From: an uncultured bacterium
Lineage (GTDB): Bacteria; Oederibacteriota; PGYV01; CAWJRG01
DNA length: 18,801 nucleotides
Direction of reading: 5' to 3'
NCBI GenBank assembly: GCA_963845185.1
Contig: CAWJRG010000007.1
Span: 1 to 18,801, forward strand
Position 1 is the first letter of the stretch. Each line of letters begins with the position of its first letter. The position numbers and the translations under genes are program-made. The notes beneath the pieces are model-generated. The model worked only from the letters and a program-made list of their open reading frames with translations, searched no databases and had not been told where the DNA came from. This document shows positions 16,029-18,801 of this stretch, piece after piece.

Positions 16029-18801
16029 CAGGCAATTCAATGGGAAATTTCACATGGATTTATACGGCTACGGGGACAGGGAACATATCTTTCCAGGATA
16101 GCGTGACCGGATACGACATGAATACAGGCATTGCATATAATTCAATCCCGGCAAATACAAGCGCAGTTGCCATACAGTCGGGAGTAAACCTGGCTGCGCA
16201 GTTTAATGCCCTGCCAGCAGCGCTTGACTTAAACCAGACATTTACCGTGACCATGACAATTTCAAACACCGGCCAGGCCTCGGCATCAGGAGTGGCGCCT
16301 GTCACTTCAAACCTGCTGCCTATTATAGGCAGCGGCAGCGTGCTGCCGCTGACAGGCCCGCAGCCGGCGTCAACCCCGCTTGCAGGAGGCGCGTCAGCGG
16401 TATTTACATGGACATTCCAGGCAGTTGGCAACGGTACAATGCAGTTTTCTGCTCATGCCCAGGGCACTGAAATAAATACCGGGGCAACAAAAAATTCAGG
16501 CATAATAACAAGCCCGGTTATTACAATACAAAACCCGGCAACGCTTGTGTCAAGCATGCAGGCAGCGCCCAGCCAGGTAAGCGAAGGAAAAGTTATAACA
16601 GTAATAATGACGGTTTCAAACACAGGCGGGTCCACTGCTGCCAGCGTCGCGCCTCTGGCAGTTAATGTTTACGGCAATGTTGCATCAGTGGCTCTGGCCA
16701 CAGGGCCGCTGCCGGCTACGGCTTCAATATCGGGTCAAAGCCTGGCAACGTTTACTTGGACTTATAATGCGGTTGCGCCGGGCACAGTAACTTTCTCTGA
16801 CAATGCCACGGGCATTGACAGCGACAACTCGAATGTAATTACGAGCGCAATTACAGGCTCAAGTAGCGTGCAGGTATTGCAGGCTGCCGTGCTTAACCTT
16901 ACTGCGTTCACGGCTGCGCCCGCAACGGTAAGCGTAGGCCAGAATATAACCGTGACAATGACAGTGATTAATAATGGAGACGGCCCTGCCAACAGCGTGT
17001 TCCCGATGCCTATGCAATACCCGGGTATTACAGCAGGTTTGTCATTGACCTCATCGCCTTCCGCGGCTTTCAATTTGGCTGCAGGGATCAGCCATTCTTT
17101 CACCTGGATTTATAATGCGACAGGACAGGGCACATTGACTTTTGCCGGGCAGGCCACGGGAATTGACGCCAGTTCATTAAATATTATTTATTCGCAGATA
17201 GACACAAGCGCATTGATAAGCGTCCAGACGCCTGCCGGACTGAGTGCTTCATTCGTTTCATTGCCGGCAATAGTTTCAACAGGCCAGGCAGTCACTGTGG
17301 TAATGAATGTAACAAACACAGGCCAGGCATCCTGTAATAATGTAATTCCTTCGGCTCCAGGGCAGAGTGGCTCAGGCACATTCAGCGTGTCAGCAACGCC
17401 TGTCATCCAGACAATAGCGGGCAATACGTCTGCTCAATTTACATGGATCTATACAGCTGCTACTGCCGGCAATTTGTCGCTCACGTCATTGGCGCAGGGC
17501 ACAGACGCTGACAGCGGGAGCGCGGTTAATTCAAACGTAGCTTCCACAAATACGGTTACTATACAGAATAAAGCGGCATTGGCAGCGGAAATATGGGGAA
17601 GTCCTTTTGTTTCCAATACAGGGACTATTTATACATTGTACATGACAGTCACGAATACGGGACAGTCAACTGCAAACCTGACAAGCGCGGCTGTAAGCTG
17701 GCAAAATATATTAGGGTCAGCTTCTATTAATATATTAAGCTGGCCTGCGCCGGGAGCAATTACGATTACAGGCGGAAGCGCGCAGGTTTACACATGGACT
17801 TATAATGCGTCAGGCGCAGGCACAATAGCTTTCACCGGGTTTGCAATGGCAACGGACGCGGTCAGCATGCTTCCGGTCACTTCCACTGCAATAGTAAATC
17901 CAGTGCAGGAAATAGTCAAGGCGCCTGCGGCGCAGCTCAGCCTGCCGATATTGACTGCCATACCAGGCCAGGCAAGCATTGGACAAATTATAACCGTGGT
18001 AATGGGCGTAACAAATATAGGCATATCAGACGCTGTTGGAACCACTGCTTCTACAAGCATAGGATCAGGCAACGTTGTTTATCTTACTGGGCCTGTTCCC
18101 ACTGCAACTACAATCCCGGCGAACGGCGGCTATGCCACGTTCACGTGGACTTATTCGGCAAACGGAGCAGGCAACGCGACATTGATAGGCAGCGCTTCAA
18201 CAACAGGCTCTTTAAGCGGCCAGGCAAGCAGCAATACGGTGTTAATACAGACAGATCCCAGCCTGACGATTAATTTCACTCCGTTTACAACCAGCACTAT
18301 TTCAACAGGACAGGGAATAACCGTAATAATGAACATCCAGAATTCGGGACAGGCAACGGCAAACAATGTCCTGCCGCAGTTAATACCCGAAGGTGATTCT
18401 TCAAGTATAGGCTTAATATCAGCGCTGCCGTCAGCAGTCAATATACCTGGTAATTTAGGGAATGCTAATTTTACATGGATTTATAACACAACTGCCAACG
18501 GCGTGGTTAATTTTTATGGACAGGCAGCAGGCACTGACGCAAACTCAGGCGCTGTTGTTTCGCCAACTCCTGTTATCACCGGCAATGTTACCAATAGAAA
18601 GCCCGGTCAGCCTCGCGAGCCGAATATCATTGCCCGCGACAGTCAGCGAGGGCGAATCGTACGTTGTTTATATGACAATTACAAACACCGGCCAGGCAAA
18701 CTCAAACGCTGTCACGCCAGGAATGCTTATGCTGAGCACAGGCCCGGGTTCGGGCACAAGCATAAAGATTTTAGGGCCATCGCCTGCAAATGCGAATATA
18801 T
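15959..18801 (+). CDS. Giant secreted repeat protein, segment 3 (absent from the ORF track because it has no stop in the window); another +1 shift at ~18591-18594; runs off the window
   Basis: Manual translation of the frame starting at 15959 is open to the window end and gives eight more (F/Y)TWx(Y/F) repeats. After 18594 the repeat (IESPVSLASRISLPATVSEGESYVVYMTITNTGQA) is in the next frame. Confidence 0.8.
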   Translation, partial: MAFKPGTGTASLVSGPLPGSQAIAGNSMGNFTWIYTATGTGNISFQDSVTGYDMNTGIAYNSIPANTSAVAIQSGVNLAAQFNALPAALDLNQTFTVTMTISNTGQASASGVAPVTSNLLPIIGSGSVLPLTGPQPASTPLAGGASAVFTWTFQAVGNGTMQFSAHAQGTEINTGATKNSGIITSPVITIQNPATLVSSMQAAPSQVSEGKVITVIMTVSNTGGSTAASVAPLAVNVYGNVASVALATGPLPATASISGQSLATFTWTYNAVAPGTVTFSDNATGIDSDNSNVITSAITGSSSVQVLQAAVLNLTAFTAAPATVSVGQNITVTMTVINNGDGPANSVFPMPMQYPGITAGLSLTSSPSAAFNLAAGISHSFTWIYNATGQGTLTFAGQATGIDASSLNIIYSQIDTSALISVQTPAGLSASFVSLPAIVSTGQAVTVVMNVTNTGQASCNNVIPSAPGQSGSGTFSVSATPVIQTIAGNTSAQFTWIYTAATAGNLSLTSLAQGTDADSGSAVNSNVASTNTVTIQNKAALAAEIWGSPFVSNTGTIYTLYMTVTNTGQSTANLTSAAVSWQNILGSASINILSWPAPGAITITGGSAQVYTWTYNASGAGTIAFTGFAMATDAVSMLPVTSTAIVNPVQEIVKAPAAQLSLPILTAIPGQASIGQIITVVMGVTNIGISDAVGTTASTSIGSGNVVYLTGPVPTATTIPANGGYATFTWTYSANGAGNATLIGSASTTGSLSGQASSNTVLIQTDPSLTINFTPFTTSTISTGQGITVIMNIQNSGQATANNVLPQLIPEGDSSSIGLISALPSAVNIPGNLGNANFTWIYNTTANGVVNFYGQAAGTDANSGAVVSPTPVITGNVTNRKPGQPREPNIIARDSQRGRIVRCLYDNYKHRPGKLKRCHARNAYAEHRPGFGHKHKDFRAIACKCEY

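Larger units (their letters stand above)
11690..18801 (+). repeat. Array of ~20 complete plus 1 partial divergent ~345-nt coding repeats (Ig-like/CARDB/DUF11-like beta-sandwich)
   Basis: FTWxY-type cores near 11900, 12260, 12590, 12945, 13285, 13633, 13975, 14325, 14668, 15003, 15358, 15703, 16048, 16403, 16750, 17100, 17438, 17788, 18140 and 18470. Confidence 0.9.

Noticed and set aside
11899..18441. Numerous minus-strand ORFs opposite the giant gene (e.g. 12941-13735, 12295-12729)
   Set aside because: They are codon-register shadows of the biased repeat gene, with no recognisable domains or translation signals.

Overview
Bacterial chromosomal window with three blocks. (1) 1-6751 (+): the 3' part of a type I restriction-modification locus. 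It holds a partial hsdS, then an AT-rich 804-aa gene (HsdR_N-like PD-(D/E)xK nuclease + P-loop ATPase + probable winged helix) sitting between hsdS and hsdR, then hsdR. hsdR carries an in-frame ~200-codon insertion: a DUF559/Vsr-like endonuclease bracketed by REP-like CCCTCA..CCC(T/C)TCTCCC-nnn-GGGAGA(A/G)GG hairpin repeats. A degenerate copy of the repeat also supplies the hsdR ribosome-binding site. (2) 6962-10020 (-): a housekeeping operon of PASTA-domain protein, rpe and ffh, with a near-consensus sigma70 promoter. (3) 10414-18801 (+): a perfect sigma70 promoter, a small excisionase/HTH_17-type DNA-binding protein, and a giant secreted protein (signal peptide, FN3-like domain, at least 20 tandem ~115-aa beta-sandwich repeats) that runs off the window. 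The giant gene is broken by three single-base frameshifts, one on an in-phase U_UUA_AAC slippery heptamer. All family assignments come from motif recognition by eye; no database searches were run.
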